Below are positions 28,752-36,806 of a stretch of 38,729 nucleotides of DNA, piece after piece. Origin of the DNA: a virus (lineage: Duplodnaviria; Caudoviricetes); IMG/VR virus record IMGVR_UViG_3300020336_000019, positions 1 to 38,729 of that record, one strand, 5' to 3'. The position numbers and the translations under genes are program-made. The stretch's first letter is position 1, and each line of letters starts with the position of its first letter. Below the pieces are notes generated by a model. That model had not been told where the DNA came from, did not search any database, and saw only the letters and a list, made by a program, of their open reading frames with translations.

Positions 28752-28877
28752 ATGCCTAAAGTTAAAACAAAGAGTGGCAAAACAAAGCACTATTCATACA
28801 CCCCAAAAGGAATGAAAGCTGCTAAAAGTGCTGCCAAAAAAGCAGGTACTAAGGTACAGACTAAAAGGAGGTATTAA
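28752..28877 (+). CDS. Small basic protein (41 aa, below ORF-track cutoff)
   Basis: MPKVKTKSGKTKHYSYTPKGMKAAKSAAKKAGTKVQTKRRY. GGAG SD. TAATG coupling to the next gene. Confidence 0.75.
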   Translation: MPKVKTKSGKTKHYSYTPKGMKAAKSAAKKAGTKVQTKRRY

Positions 28878-29143
28878 TGCCTGAAGAATATAGAGACATT
28901 TTAGAACGTGCTGCGTCAACAGCTGTTCAGGCTGCGGTCGGAGTGACAGCAGGTATGAGCATAGCTGATATTGACATGGACGCTATGGCGCTAATTGCTA
29001 CAGTAGTAGTAAGTGCTTTTGCTAGTGTTGTTAAGTCTGGCGTAGCTCAAAAGTTAGTAGGAGATGATACCGCTAGTTTGGTTACTCTAAAGCGAGACCC
29101 CAAAACTGGCAGATTTATGTCCGCAAAGAAGGGTAAAAAATAA
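28877..29143 (+). CDS. Putative holin
   Basis: ERAASTAVQA motif, two hydrophobic segments, SVVKS, basic tail. AGGAGG SD. Next to the endolysin. Confidence 0.7.
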   Translation: MPEEYRDILERAASTAVQAAVGVTAGMSIADIDMDAMALIATVVVSAFASVVKSGVAQKLVGDDTASLVTLKRDPKTGRFMSAKKGKK

Positions 29144-29301
29144 TGGATCGAATGGAACGTAGTTTAAATATAAAAGCAGTAGCTGAAGCAACGCTTGTTT
29201 CTGAGGCCCCAGAACCACAACCTGAGCCAACACCTGAAGAAGCTGCTACAAAGAAACCAGTTGCTAAAAAGAAATCCTCTGCGAAGAAAAAATCTTCGTA
29301 A
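29143..29301 (+). CDS. Small protein with acidic PE linker and Lys-rich tail (52 aa)
   Basis: MDRMERSL...PEPQPEPTPEEAATKKPVAKKKSSAKKKSS. TAATG coupling. Confidence 0.7.
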   Translation: MDRMERSLNIKAVAEATLVSEAPEPQPEPTPEEAATKKPVAKKKSSAKKKSS

Positions 29302-29306
29302 TTTAA

Positions 29307-29588
29307 ATGTCAGACGAAGCTGAGAAAGATCAGAAATCTTCTAGTGGTGGTACTACTATCACTGGAGTTCAGCTTCTAGTCGGGGTTATCTTTGTACCTG
29401 TCGTAATGGTATGGCTCGCGTTGGGAGCTAGAATCATATGGTCAGCTACAGGAAACCCCGAAACTCTCGACCAAATTGAAGGATTATTAACAGCCCTTGC
29501 GGTGCTGTCGCTACCTGTATCGATGGGATTGGGTAAATTATTTGAAGCTTTCAGTAACGAAATCGAAGTTAGAAAGCGAGATGATTAA
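29307..29588 (+). CDS. Two-TM membrane protein (second holin-like / lysis accessory)
   Basis: Two hydrophobic helices, charged termini, located in the lysis cluster. Confidence 0.6.
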   Translation: MSDEAEKDQKSSSGGTTITGVQLLVGVIFVPVVMVWLALGARIIWSATGNPETLDQIEGLLTALAVLSLPVSMGLGKLFEAFSNEIEVRKRDD

Positions 29589-29944
29589 TGTACGAATACA
29601 AAGTAACCCTAGACAGGATCGTCGATGGCGACACCATAGATGTAAATGTGGACTTGGGCTTTACGGTATGGCTTTCTAAGCAAAGAGTAAGATTGTATGG
29701 CCTGGATACGTGGGAAAGCAGAACTAGAGACCTTGAAGTAAAAGCAAAAGGACTACTGGCTAAAGAGTTTACTAAAACTATGGTCTCTGAAGCTAAAGAA
29801 ATAATCTTAATAAGTCATGGCAAAGGTAAGTATGGAAGAATACTTGGTGAGTTAATTTGTGATGGCGTAAATTTAAATGACGCTCTTATTGAGCATGGTC
29901 ATGCAGTAAAGTATTACGGTGGAACTAAAACCTTAAAGAGTTAG
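29588..29944 (+). CDS. Thermonuclease (SNase-like) family protein
   Basis: RIVDGDT.D..VDLGF, RVRLYGLDT.ESRT, GKYGRILG, LN..LI..GHA..Y.G. Confidence 0.92.
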   Translation: MYEYKVTLDRIVDGDTIDVNVDLGFTVWLSKQRVRLYGLDTWESRTRDLEVKAKGLLAKEFTKTMVSEAKEIILISHGKGKYGRILGELICDGVNLNDALIEHGHAVKYYGGTKTLKS

Positions 29945-30005
29945 GTGCGACTAGGGAGATGACTAGGAAGCATACCGGGAAAGGACCGGATTCCCTAGTC
30001 ACACC
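29944..30005 (-). terminator. Stem-loop at the convergence of late and replication operons
   Basis: GGTGCGACTAGGGA (29944-57) and TCCCTAGTCACACC (29992-30005) are inverted repeats. The single mismatch is a G-U pair on the minus strand. No U-tract. Confidence 0.45.
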
Positions 30006-30507
30006 ATTTATTGACTGCTGCGATGGAGGTTATAGCGTCAATAGTCTCCACTGTATCATATGTAGTCTGGTGTAGTCTCCAGTAGTTATACGTGTCACTA
30101 GCGTAATTTTCAGGATGTAATACATTTATATTAGGAATAAAATCACCACCCTTACCGCAGGTAGCTACATCCCATAGTGCTTCAAAGAACCTGTCGTCTG
30201 ATACCCACACACCATTTTCTATATGAGAGCTACCGTTTATAAAGCCACGCCATTCAGTTTTATGCAACGCTACGCGCAGTTCGTACTTAGTCATAAGCGT
30301 TACGTGACGAGCAGGGTTAATAGTAATAACTACATCTTTAACTGCTCTAGCAGTTATACCTACAGGAGTTACTGTGGGTGGTGGTGCAAGAGTTGGTGGC
30401 ACAGCTGTAGCTACATCAATCCGCTCAACATAACTATCGTTGTCTAACGCAACAGGAAAAAATGCAATCACAGCTAGTACAACGCCTAGCACCAACGCTT
30501 TATACAC
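29995..30507 (-). CDS. Predicted exported/membrane-anchored protein with Pro/Thr linker
   Basis: MYKALVLGVVLAVIAFFPVA signal/anchor, then VPPTLAPPPTVTP linker. Confidence 0.7.
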   Translation of the reverse strand: MYKALVLGVVLAVIAFFPVALDNDSYVERIDVATAVPPTLAPPPTVTPVGITARAVKDVVITINPARHVTLMTKYELRVALHKTEWRGFINGSSHIENGVWVSDDRFFEALWDVATCGKGGDFIPNINVLHPENYASDTYNYWRLHQTTYDTVETIDAITSIAAVNKWCD

Positions 30508-31547
30508 TATTGAACTTTAACAGGTTGCTCCACATTGCCAGTTGAACTAAGAGATTGGATTTTTGTAGTTGCTGTAATGACAAAGTCCGCAGAGTTTATG
30601 CCTGACCCAGAGCCTATGACACTAGACTGAATAGTCAGCTTGCCCGCTTTTACGTAATCTATGTTAATTCCTGCGCCAAACGCCTTTATGTTAGACAGCG
30701 TAAGCGTTCTGCATTGTGAGCTTGCAGTAATAGTAGAGATAATAATCCTATCGTAATCGCCGTTAGAAACAGCAGGAACTTTTACAGTTCCACGATCTGA
30801 TTGCACAACTATGTCTAACACTGCGTTGTCTAAGGTAGGTGACACACTTAATCCATCAGCAATATTGTTAGTTAGAACTAGCTCATATATCTCGCTGTTT
30901 TCTAGCGACAAAGCTGTAGCTACTACGTTTGAAATAATAATTTCATCACATTCAAGCCATTTACCACTTGCTCCAATTAGTTGAATAGCATCAGATAATC
31001 CAGAAGCTTTACCAATATCAAGATTAGATATCGTGATGTCTCCTGCTCGTGCGCCTGACATATTAAGTTGCAAGGTCATAGTCTGTAGCTTACGTACATC
31101 AGCAGGAGTTTGGTCGTTAAGAAACTGACTCCAATCTTGACCTACTTTAACTGACTTGTCTGGTTGTACGTATGAAGCTTCATACAATGCTGGTTCAGGC
31201 CAGATAGGTGCAGCTTGTAATCCTTGTACTGCTGAGAAAATAGCAATCGTCATTACAACTAGTCCAACAGCCAGCCCAAACGTACCTACTTTCCATACAC
31301 CACCTACAACGCGCAATCCTTTAATAGATGGGATGCGTAGATTAAAAGAACGTTTGCCTTTTAATGTAGGTAATCCAATGTTTACACCAGGGGTGCGCCA
31401 GGCCGGGAAATTTAATTTTACTCGCGGCAGGCGAACATCTGGTATTACAAATAATACTTTTTTAAAAAAAGATTTTTTATGCGGTGGTTTTTGTGGAGTA
31501 GAATTCGACGAGTTCTTCGATGTCTTCTGGGTGTGTTGTGGTTCCAT
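30507..31547 (-). CDS. Predicted single-pass membrane protein with beta-solenoid-like external domain
   Basis: Basic Pro-periodic N-terminus, TM GTFGLAVGLVVMTIAIFSAV, then Ile/Ser/Asn-rich repeats (ITISNL, IIISNV, LTLSNI, LTIQSS). Confidence 0.7.
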   Translation of the reverse strand: MEPQHTQKTSKNSSNSTPQKPPHKKSFFKKVLFVIPDVRLPRVKLNFPAWRTPGVNIGLPTLKGKRSFNLRIPSIKGLRVVGGVWKVGTFGLAVGLVVMTIAIFSAVQGLQAAPIWPEPALYEASYVQPDKSVKVGQDWSQFLNDQTPADVRKLQTMTLQLNMSGARAGDITISNLDIGKASGLSDAIQLIGASGKWLECDEIIISNVVATALSLENSEIYELVLTNNIADGLSVSPTLDNAVLDIVVQSDRGTVKVPAVSNGDYDRIIISTITASSQCRTLTLSNIKAFGAGINIDYVKAGKLTIQSSVIGSGSGINSADFVITATTKIQSLSSTGNVEQPVKVQ

Positions 31548-31770
31548 TGGGCAATTCCTTTATCTTAAAACCGTATTGATGAATGAGATCGCCGAAGCCA
31601 TCTAACTCATCCATCCATTCTTCGAGTATACATTCACAATCATAAAAATGTTCGTCATGGTACACACACCACCAGTCTTCGCACATCTCGCAACGAATTT
31701 CGGTTGCGTCTTCGTACTCAACTAAACGGTTAATCGGTTTACCATCTGGGGCGACTAAAAAATTGGGCAA
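31477..31770 (-). CDS. Small acidic Cys/His-rich protein
   Basis: CEMC...WC..H..H..DCEC. GAGAGG SD before TTG start. Confidence 0.65.
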   Translation of the reverse strand: MPNFLVAPDGKPINRLVEYEDATEIRCEMCEDWWCVYHDEHFYDCECILEEWMDELDGFGDLIHQYGFKIKELPNGTTTHPEDIEELVEFYSTKTTA

Positions 31771-31776
31771 AATAAA

Positions 31777-31900
31777 ATCCTCTCTTTCAAGAGGATCTTA
31801 CTATAGATTAGCAGTGGACAGTGACGAGCGGGAAAACGAATTAAAAAAACCTACTCGTCCTGCCCACTAGAAAGAGGAAGCACCGGAACAGGAAGTGCTT
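31777..31900 (-). promoter_or_regulatory. Intergenic triple stem-loop element
   Basis: Hairpins at 31878-31900, 31813-31868 (about 18 bp) and 31777-31796. The last one sequesters the SD of the downstream gene. Confidence 0.55.
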
Positions 31901-31908
31901 TCAATTGA

Positions 31909-32802
31909 TTATATCCCAAAACCTCCCTGCAATGTAGCCATTTCTTTGTATTGGTTACACCATGTAGAGACAGTGCAATATGATTCGCAGCGTCTTGGTG
32001 TTCCTGGCCTCGTCTCAATCATCATGCCTTGCTTGCGATTGTCTGATAGCCATTGTGCAGCCTCATTATAATTATCAAATACTTTCCTAGCTCTAGGTGC
32101 AGTAGCACTTGTTTTAACTGCGTAGGTGGTTTCACCTTGCCATCTTTCTTCCTGCGAGCAAAGAACTAATTGCGTATCTGGCTGTTCGATAGCTTCCCTG
32201 TGCAACGCTACGCGCTCTGAAAGATAATCTAATGTAGTTTGCTTATTCCATATTGGCACTTTTACTACTGCGGCTTTTTCTGGTGGGTAATCTTTAGTAC
32301 GTTTTGACATGGCTTCTGACCAGTCACGAAACAGATATACAATTTCCAGACCTCGTACTTCATACCCATTAGCCTCAGCTAACAGTTTGTACAAATTTAA
32401 TTGCCTAATCCTGTCTTCCTTCATACCAAAAATAAATTCCCACACTGAGACTCGCTTGTAGTCTTGGATAACCTTGCGCTCCATATCGAAATAATCAACT
32501 GCTCCAGTTATTTTTACTCCGTCATGCTCAGCATGAAACCTTTTCTCTACTATCCCTTCAGTAATTTTGATTTGCTTTCCTGCTTGTTCTAGCAGATAGT
32601 GAACGGCTTTACCATCAAACATATACAGCATGTCTAGTGCGTCTTGTTGCACGTATTCTGCGTATCTGGTTTTAAGCTGAGAGATTCTTGGTGAGTCTAT
32701 TAACTCAGTCACCGAAAAATCTGCGTCACCTTTAGAGTAATTATCTTCACTTAATGCTAGGACTATTGGTCTAGGCAGGTTAGCTTTGTTCGTTATTTTC
32801 AT
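31909..32802 (-). CDS. PD-(D/E)XK exonuclease, Cas4/AddB-like
   Basis: FSVTELI.SPR, G.AVH, EKRF, ITGAVD, IQDYK, QLNLY, and C...RCESYC....WC cluster. Confidence 0.85.
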   Translation of the reverse strand: MKITNKANLPRPIVLALSEDNYSKGDADFSVTELIDSPRISQLKTRYAEYVQQDALDMLYMFDGKAVHYLLEQAGKQIKITEGIVEKRFHAEHDGVKITGAVDYFDMERKVIQDYKRVSVWEFIFGMKEDRIRQLNLYKLLAEANGYEVRGLEIVYLFRDWSEAMSKRTKDYPPEKAAVVKVPIWNKQTTLDYLSERVALHREAIEQPDTQLVLCSQEERWQGETTYAVKTSATAPRARKVFDNYNEAAQWLSDNRKQGMMIETRPGTPRRCESYCTVSTWCNQYKEMATLQGGFGI

Positions 32803-33205
32803 GAAAATTGTTCCCTTCACCTTCAAAAAACATGCTTCCGTTTCCTTCGTATATTTCTTTAATCAAAAAGAATCGAGCCTTAGAGCCTTTGGTGTAAATT
32901 TTTATTACTCCTCCTGCTGACTTATCCGACTCTGTAGCTGCCAATTTGAGTTGGCCCGTGGCCTTCTCCAACCATGTTGGGGTCTTTGATTGTGTTGATT
33001 TAATCTCGTAGACCGAGAACGCATTCTCAACATCCGTATGCGGTCTTGACTTGTCGAGGTTTCTTTTTCCTCCGACGATTTCTGCGGCTCTGTTTTCATA
33101 TACTTTACCTCTTGCTCTGTTATTTCTATTTCTTTTCTTAATAGCTTCCTTAGCTAGTCCGTCATCGTCCATTGTCTCTATCTCTTTCTGTTTGTAGTAG
33201 CCCAT
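32780..33205 (-). CDS. Putative Holliday-junction-resolvase-like PD-(D/E)XK nuclease
   Basis: NRARGKVYENRAA, DVE....YEIKS motifs. TAATG coupling to the primase stop. Confidence 0.65.
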   Translation of the reverse strand: MGYYKQKEIETMDDDGLAKEAIKKRNRNNRARGKVYENRAAEIVGGKRNLDKSRPHTDVENAFSVYEIKSTQSKTPTWLEKATGQLKLAATESDKSAGGVIKIYTKGSKARFFLIKEIYEGNGSMFFEGEGNNFHENNEQS

Positions 33206-35340
33206 TATGCCAATGTCCAACCTTCTTCAGTTTTCATTATCAACCCATCACGCTCAAACCTATTCAATTGAGAGCGTAATGATTTCACCTTTTTAGTATC
33301 TGTTTCGACTTCAAGTATTGACGCGATATCATTCAAGCTCATCTGCGTATCTTGCAACAGACCTAAGATTTCATCCTTTCGAGATTTCTTTTCTTTGCTC
33401 TGTTCTTGCATTAATTTCACTTGGCTAAAATCCATCGGCGATAAATAAATACCACCGTCTGGGTCGTCAAACGTAACCTCTAAAGCAAAGTCGTCAAGTG
33501 GTGCAGAAATATTTGTCTTCCTGTTTTTAAACTTGACTGCAAACTGTTCCTTGGTTAGTTCGTCTCGCTCAATAAAAAAAGTAGCTCTTGCTGACGAGTG
33601 CCAAAAGGTAGAGCCAAATGGCTTCTTCGTGGCTTCTCGCTTCATAGCAGGAGTCGATAGTGCAGACTTAGTAATATGACATATCACTACCACTGTTATA
33701 TCGTCACCTAATCTGGCAAGCGCATTAAAAAAAGTCAATGCTGACTCAGCTTCTTCAGGCTTTCCACCACACGCTAGTGCCCCGGAGTCAATCACAATAA
33801 ATCCTATGCCATGTCTCTCAATGTACATGCGTAGACGTTCGACTAAATCATTTAATGCTACGCCTCTGGCGTTCTCATAAAACATGCGTCCTTTTTGTGG
33901 GACTATGCCTAATGCGTCCTGCATTCTTCTGGTGTAGCGAACAAAATTGTTTTCGTCGTTCTCGTAATCAAGCAACATCATTTTAGTTGGCACTGTCTCA
34001 CGTCCTGCCCACGGGTGACCGTATGCAACACAGGTAGACAATTGCAATAGACTCGTAGTTTTTAAACTCGAGCCATCACCAAACCATAATGAAACAGAAC
34101 CTTCTGGGATTGTTTCTTGTACCAAAAATCTGTACTCAGGCGGTTCTTCAGCCTCTGCTTGGTCCGATAAAGTATCGTCCACAAACACTGCTTGAGTCAC
34201 CATGCCAATAGCTTTGTTCAGGGTCGGCGCCCAATCTATTTCAAATCCAGAAAATACTTGCTTAGCTTCACGTATCCACGCTTGCCTAGCACTGGTAGAC
34301 ATGAGATTTAACCTAGTTCGGAAGTTCTCATTATCCACAGTAATAGTTGCGTCGGCTTGTACTGCGCCTCGCTGTGGTATCACTCCAGAAAATTCAAGTT
34401 GCAAAATACCACTGATAGTAGGTAGTTCAACTCTATATTTATCGTGCTCGAGGTGAATTAAGACAGGCTCAGACCTCTTTAAGAGGCCGTCAATGTCTCC
34501 ACCAGTAGCAAAATAGTCGTATGCGTCACCTTTATAAGGCACATTTACATGGATTTCATTGACATCTGAAGTAATTTTACGTAGCTCAGACTTCAAATTA
34601 ATCATAAATTTGCGCCCTACAGCGTCGTTATCAGCCCATAAATAGATTTTTCTACCCATTAATGGGTCAAGTGATGAACCGAATTTCTTCTGGCCGCTGC
34701 CTCCTGCGTTGGTAACAGCTACTAAGCCTTGTTCCCAACAGGCTTCAGCAGCCTTCTCACCTTCAACAAAAAACACTGGTGCGTCTGGTTGGTTGATTAG
34801 CTGTTCTAATCCGTATAACGGGATTTGCTCCATCTTCAAACCATCTAAACCATGGGAAACACCTTCAGCAGGTAGCTTCCAACTCATTGATTTAGTTCCG
34901 TCTTCCCTGTCCCATCGCAAATGAATTGCAATAGGCTTTCCTGCCTCATCAAAATATTTATAATTATGTGTGGCAGCTAAATCGTTCTCCCAATAATTTT
35001 CTCCATCCATTGCTAAACCTATTCCTGACGCTCTCGCCATGTCCTCATAAGCTGTGTCCCATTCACCATCTTCACTTGCTTTCCACCATCCATTATCAAT
35101 AAGTGCTTGCAGTGCTTCTTGCTGATCGCAAGATGAAAAGCATTTGAATAACAACTTATTCTCGATAGTTCTTACTGCGAATGACGGGTTTGAATCGTCG
35201 TGCTCGTTAGCGCAGCCTGGAGGGCAAGGGCATAAACCGTCTTTCGGCGGTCTACCCCTTGCTTCCCATAACGCTTCTTTCAGATTGTCAGCAGCTATGA
35301 TGGTGTCTGGTTCATTACTGATCCATTCTGACACTTTCAT
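33205..35340 (-). CDS. Primase-helicase (Zn-binding + TOPRIM + RepA/AAA_25-type helicase + C-terminal winged helix)
   Basis: CP...HDD.NPS...KCF..C; FFVEGEK, ADND, GDAYDY; GDGSSLKT, LLDYE, IVIDS, ICHITK, PFGS.FW; MSLNDIASILE. Confidence 0.88.
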   Translation of the reverse strand: MKVSEWISNEPDTIIAADNLKEALWEARGRPPKDGLCPCPPGCANEHDDSNPSFAVRTIENKLLFKCFSSCDQQEALQALIDNGWWKASEDGEWDTAYEDMARASGIGLAMDGENYWENDLAATHNYKYFDEAGKPIAIHLRWDREDGTKSMSWKLPAEGVSHGLDGLKMEQIPLYGLEQLINQPDAPVFFVEGEKAAEACWEQGLVAVTNAGGSGQKKFGSSLDPLMGRKIYLWADNDAVGRKFMINLKSELRKITSDVNEIHVNVPYKGDAYDYFATGGDIDGLLKRSEPVLIHLEHDKYRVELPTISGILQLEFSGVIPQRGAVQADATITVDNENFRTRLNLMSTSARQAWIREAKQVFSGFEIDWAPTLNKAIGMVTQAVFVDDTLSDQAEAEEPPEYRFLVQETIPEGSVSLWFGDGSSLKTTSLLQLSTCVAYGHPWAGRETVPTKMMLLDYENDENNFVRYTRRMQDALGIVPQKGRMFYENARGVALNDLVERLRMYIERHGIGFIVIDSGALACGGKPEEAESALTFFNALARLGDDITVVVICHITKSALSTPAMKREATKKPFGSTFWHSSARATFFIERDELTKEQFAVKFKNRKTNISAPLDDFALEVTFDDPDGGIYLSPMDFSQVKLMQEQSKEKKSRKDEILGLLQDTQMSLNDIASILEVETDTKKVKSLRSQLNRFERDGLIMKTEEGWTLA

Positions 35341-35587
35341 CCCTTTCTTTTTCCCTCTTTGCCCATAGACATAAAACATTGCGTGGTATAGGCAACCAAT
35401 TTTCTTGAGCCTTTTCAGCCTGCTCGTTTAGTCTTTTCACTAAATCTTCTACCGCATTCATCGCAGCTACGTATGCGTCCTTCCATGAAGAAATTTCCGC
35501 TTGTAGGTCTGCGATAACTTGCGCTGTGTCTTCTTGAGCCACTTCAAAGTCTCGCTCTGCTTTGTTGTCGTTCCCTGTATGACTCAT
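35315..35587 (-). CDS. Hypothetical coiled-coil protein
   Basis: TAATG coupling. Heptad IADLQAEISSWK. Confidence 0.7.
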   Translation of the reverse strand: MSHTGNDNKAERDFEVAQEDTAQVIADLQAEISSWKDAYVAAMNAVEDLVKRLNEQAEKAQENWLPIPRNVLCLWAKREKERDESVRMDQ

Positions 35588-36255
35588 TATTTAACCTTGC
35601 CATCTTTATCAGCAGAACTTCTACAGGCAGGAAACTGACTGCACGACCAGAATGCATACGGTTCGTTGGTTTTCTGGCTTATACCTTCTTTCCATACCAT
35701 ATCGCCATGACCTGTAGGGCATTGTGGCGTGTTGCTAACAGCTACTGGTGTCTGAGTTTGGATAAACTGGTTTTCCTCTGCGCTACCTACGTAATCATCC
35801 TGAGTAAGTGGTGGCGTGGAATTGATAAGTGTTCCACCTGCAGCTACAGCAGCCTCAACTAAATGTCCTGTCTGTGGATTAGCAGCGTCCTCTTGCAATG
35901 CCTGAACACTTTGCATTTCCTCAAGGCTTGGTCGCTTGGCTTGGTTGCCGTCCTCGTCTTCGCCTCGGATATTATAGTTCGCGAGTGCGCGTCCGATTGA
36001 GCTTGTCTCCGAAACCTCAACATACTTAGGCTGTCCATTAGTAAAGACTTCCTTGCAAATCCCTGTTGATAACGGAAGATTTTTTTCTTGTTCTTCTGCG
36101 TTCCTGTAGATAAACGATCTCGTGATGATTGAATCTTCTGTAAACGCCACTACCTCTGACGTGATTCGACCATCTGGGTAGTCCTTGTAAAAGATAGGAA
36201 TCCTATCTTCTACCATTACATAACCTTTCATGTTTGGGGGCAATTGCTTTGCCAT
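35587..36255 (-). CDS. Putative ssDNA-annealing protein (Rad52/Sak-like) with C-terminal zinc ribbon
   Basis: YV.V.DRI..F...YPDGRI, STG, E..ETSSIGRALAN, RPS.EEM motifs; CPTGHG.M...FWSCSQFPAC. Start moved to ATG 36255 (AAGGA SD). Confidence 0.65.
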   Translation of the reverse strand: MAKQLPPNMKGYVMVEDRIPIFYKDYPDGRITSEVVAFTEDSIITRSFIYRNAEEQEKNLPLSTGICKEVFTNGQPKYVEVSETSSIGRALANYNIRGEDEDGNQAKRPSLEEMQSVQALQEDAANPQTGHLVEAAVAAGGTLINSTPPLTQDDYVGSAEENQFIQTQTPVAVSNTPQCPTGHGDMVWKEGISQKTNEPYAFWSCSQFPACRSSADKDGKVK

Positions 36256-36358
36256 ATTCCTTTTCCTTTCTATACACTTTTTTGTTACGTCCTCACAACT
36301 GACCTCCACAGTCGAGAAACTTTTTTGTTTCCTTTTGGAAACTTGTTGACGCTCCATT

Positions 36359-36380
36359 ATTTTACCACAATTGTTCTACA
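36359..36380 (-). promoter_or_regulatory. Extended -10 promoter of the replication operon with overlapping operator-like site
   Basis: Minus strand reads TGTAGAACAATTGTGGTAAAAT: TGn-TAAAAT preceded by AGAAC-AATT-GTG. Confidence 0.5.
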
Positions 36381-36483
36381 TGCCTGGAGTCACTGATTAT
36401 CTTAAGCACCTTATTTTACATAGCATTGCGGATATATGTTACGCTACTAGCTAGGAAAAAGTGTCAAGTGGAAGGAAACAAAA

Positions 36484-36804
36484 ATGACACAAGAACACAC
36501 GTTGATTACTCGGGCATTGGGTGATCTTGATAACGTGAGAGTAGTGCAAGTGGCAAGCATATTGGAGGCTATGTTTGAAGCTGTGGATGAGGTCAGTAAA
36601 CATATTGACCGAATTGAAATGAGTATGGATTCAATAGAAGTTTCTGTTGATGATGGTGATCAGTCTCTTTATGTAAGTGTTTATAAGCCTGATGAGATTA
36701 ACGAAAACCTTGAGCTATTAACTGATTTTATTAAAGAACTAACTCAGCAACGATCAATCAGTGATTTAACGATTTCAACAGATATATTAAAGAAGGGAAA
36801 CTAA
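36484..36804 (+). CDS. Hypothetical acidic protein
   Basis: AAGGA SD, 106 aa, Asp/Glu-rich. Confidence 0.75.
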   Translation: MTQEHTLITRALGDLDNVRVVQVASILEAMFEAVDEVSKHIDRIEMSMDSIEVSVDDGDQSLYVSVYKPDEINENLELLTDFIKELTQQRSISDLTISTDILKKGN

Positions 36805-36806
36805 AA

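Noticed and set aside
31156-31605. 149-aa plus-strand ORF and similar antisense ORFs (18894-19223, 23856-24227, 20022-20291)
   Set aside because: Antisense shadows of well-supported genes, without SD or recognisable motifs.
31909-32802. CRISPR-Cas system from the Cas4-like nuclease
   Set aside because: No repeat-spacer array or other cas genes. Solo Cas4-like exonucleases are ordinary phage recombination genes.
36256-36352. tRNA or known riboswitch in the structured leader
   Set aside because: No T-loop/D-loop consensus and no riboswitch consensus that I recognise.
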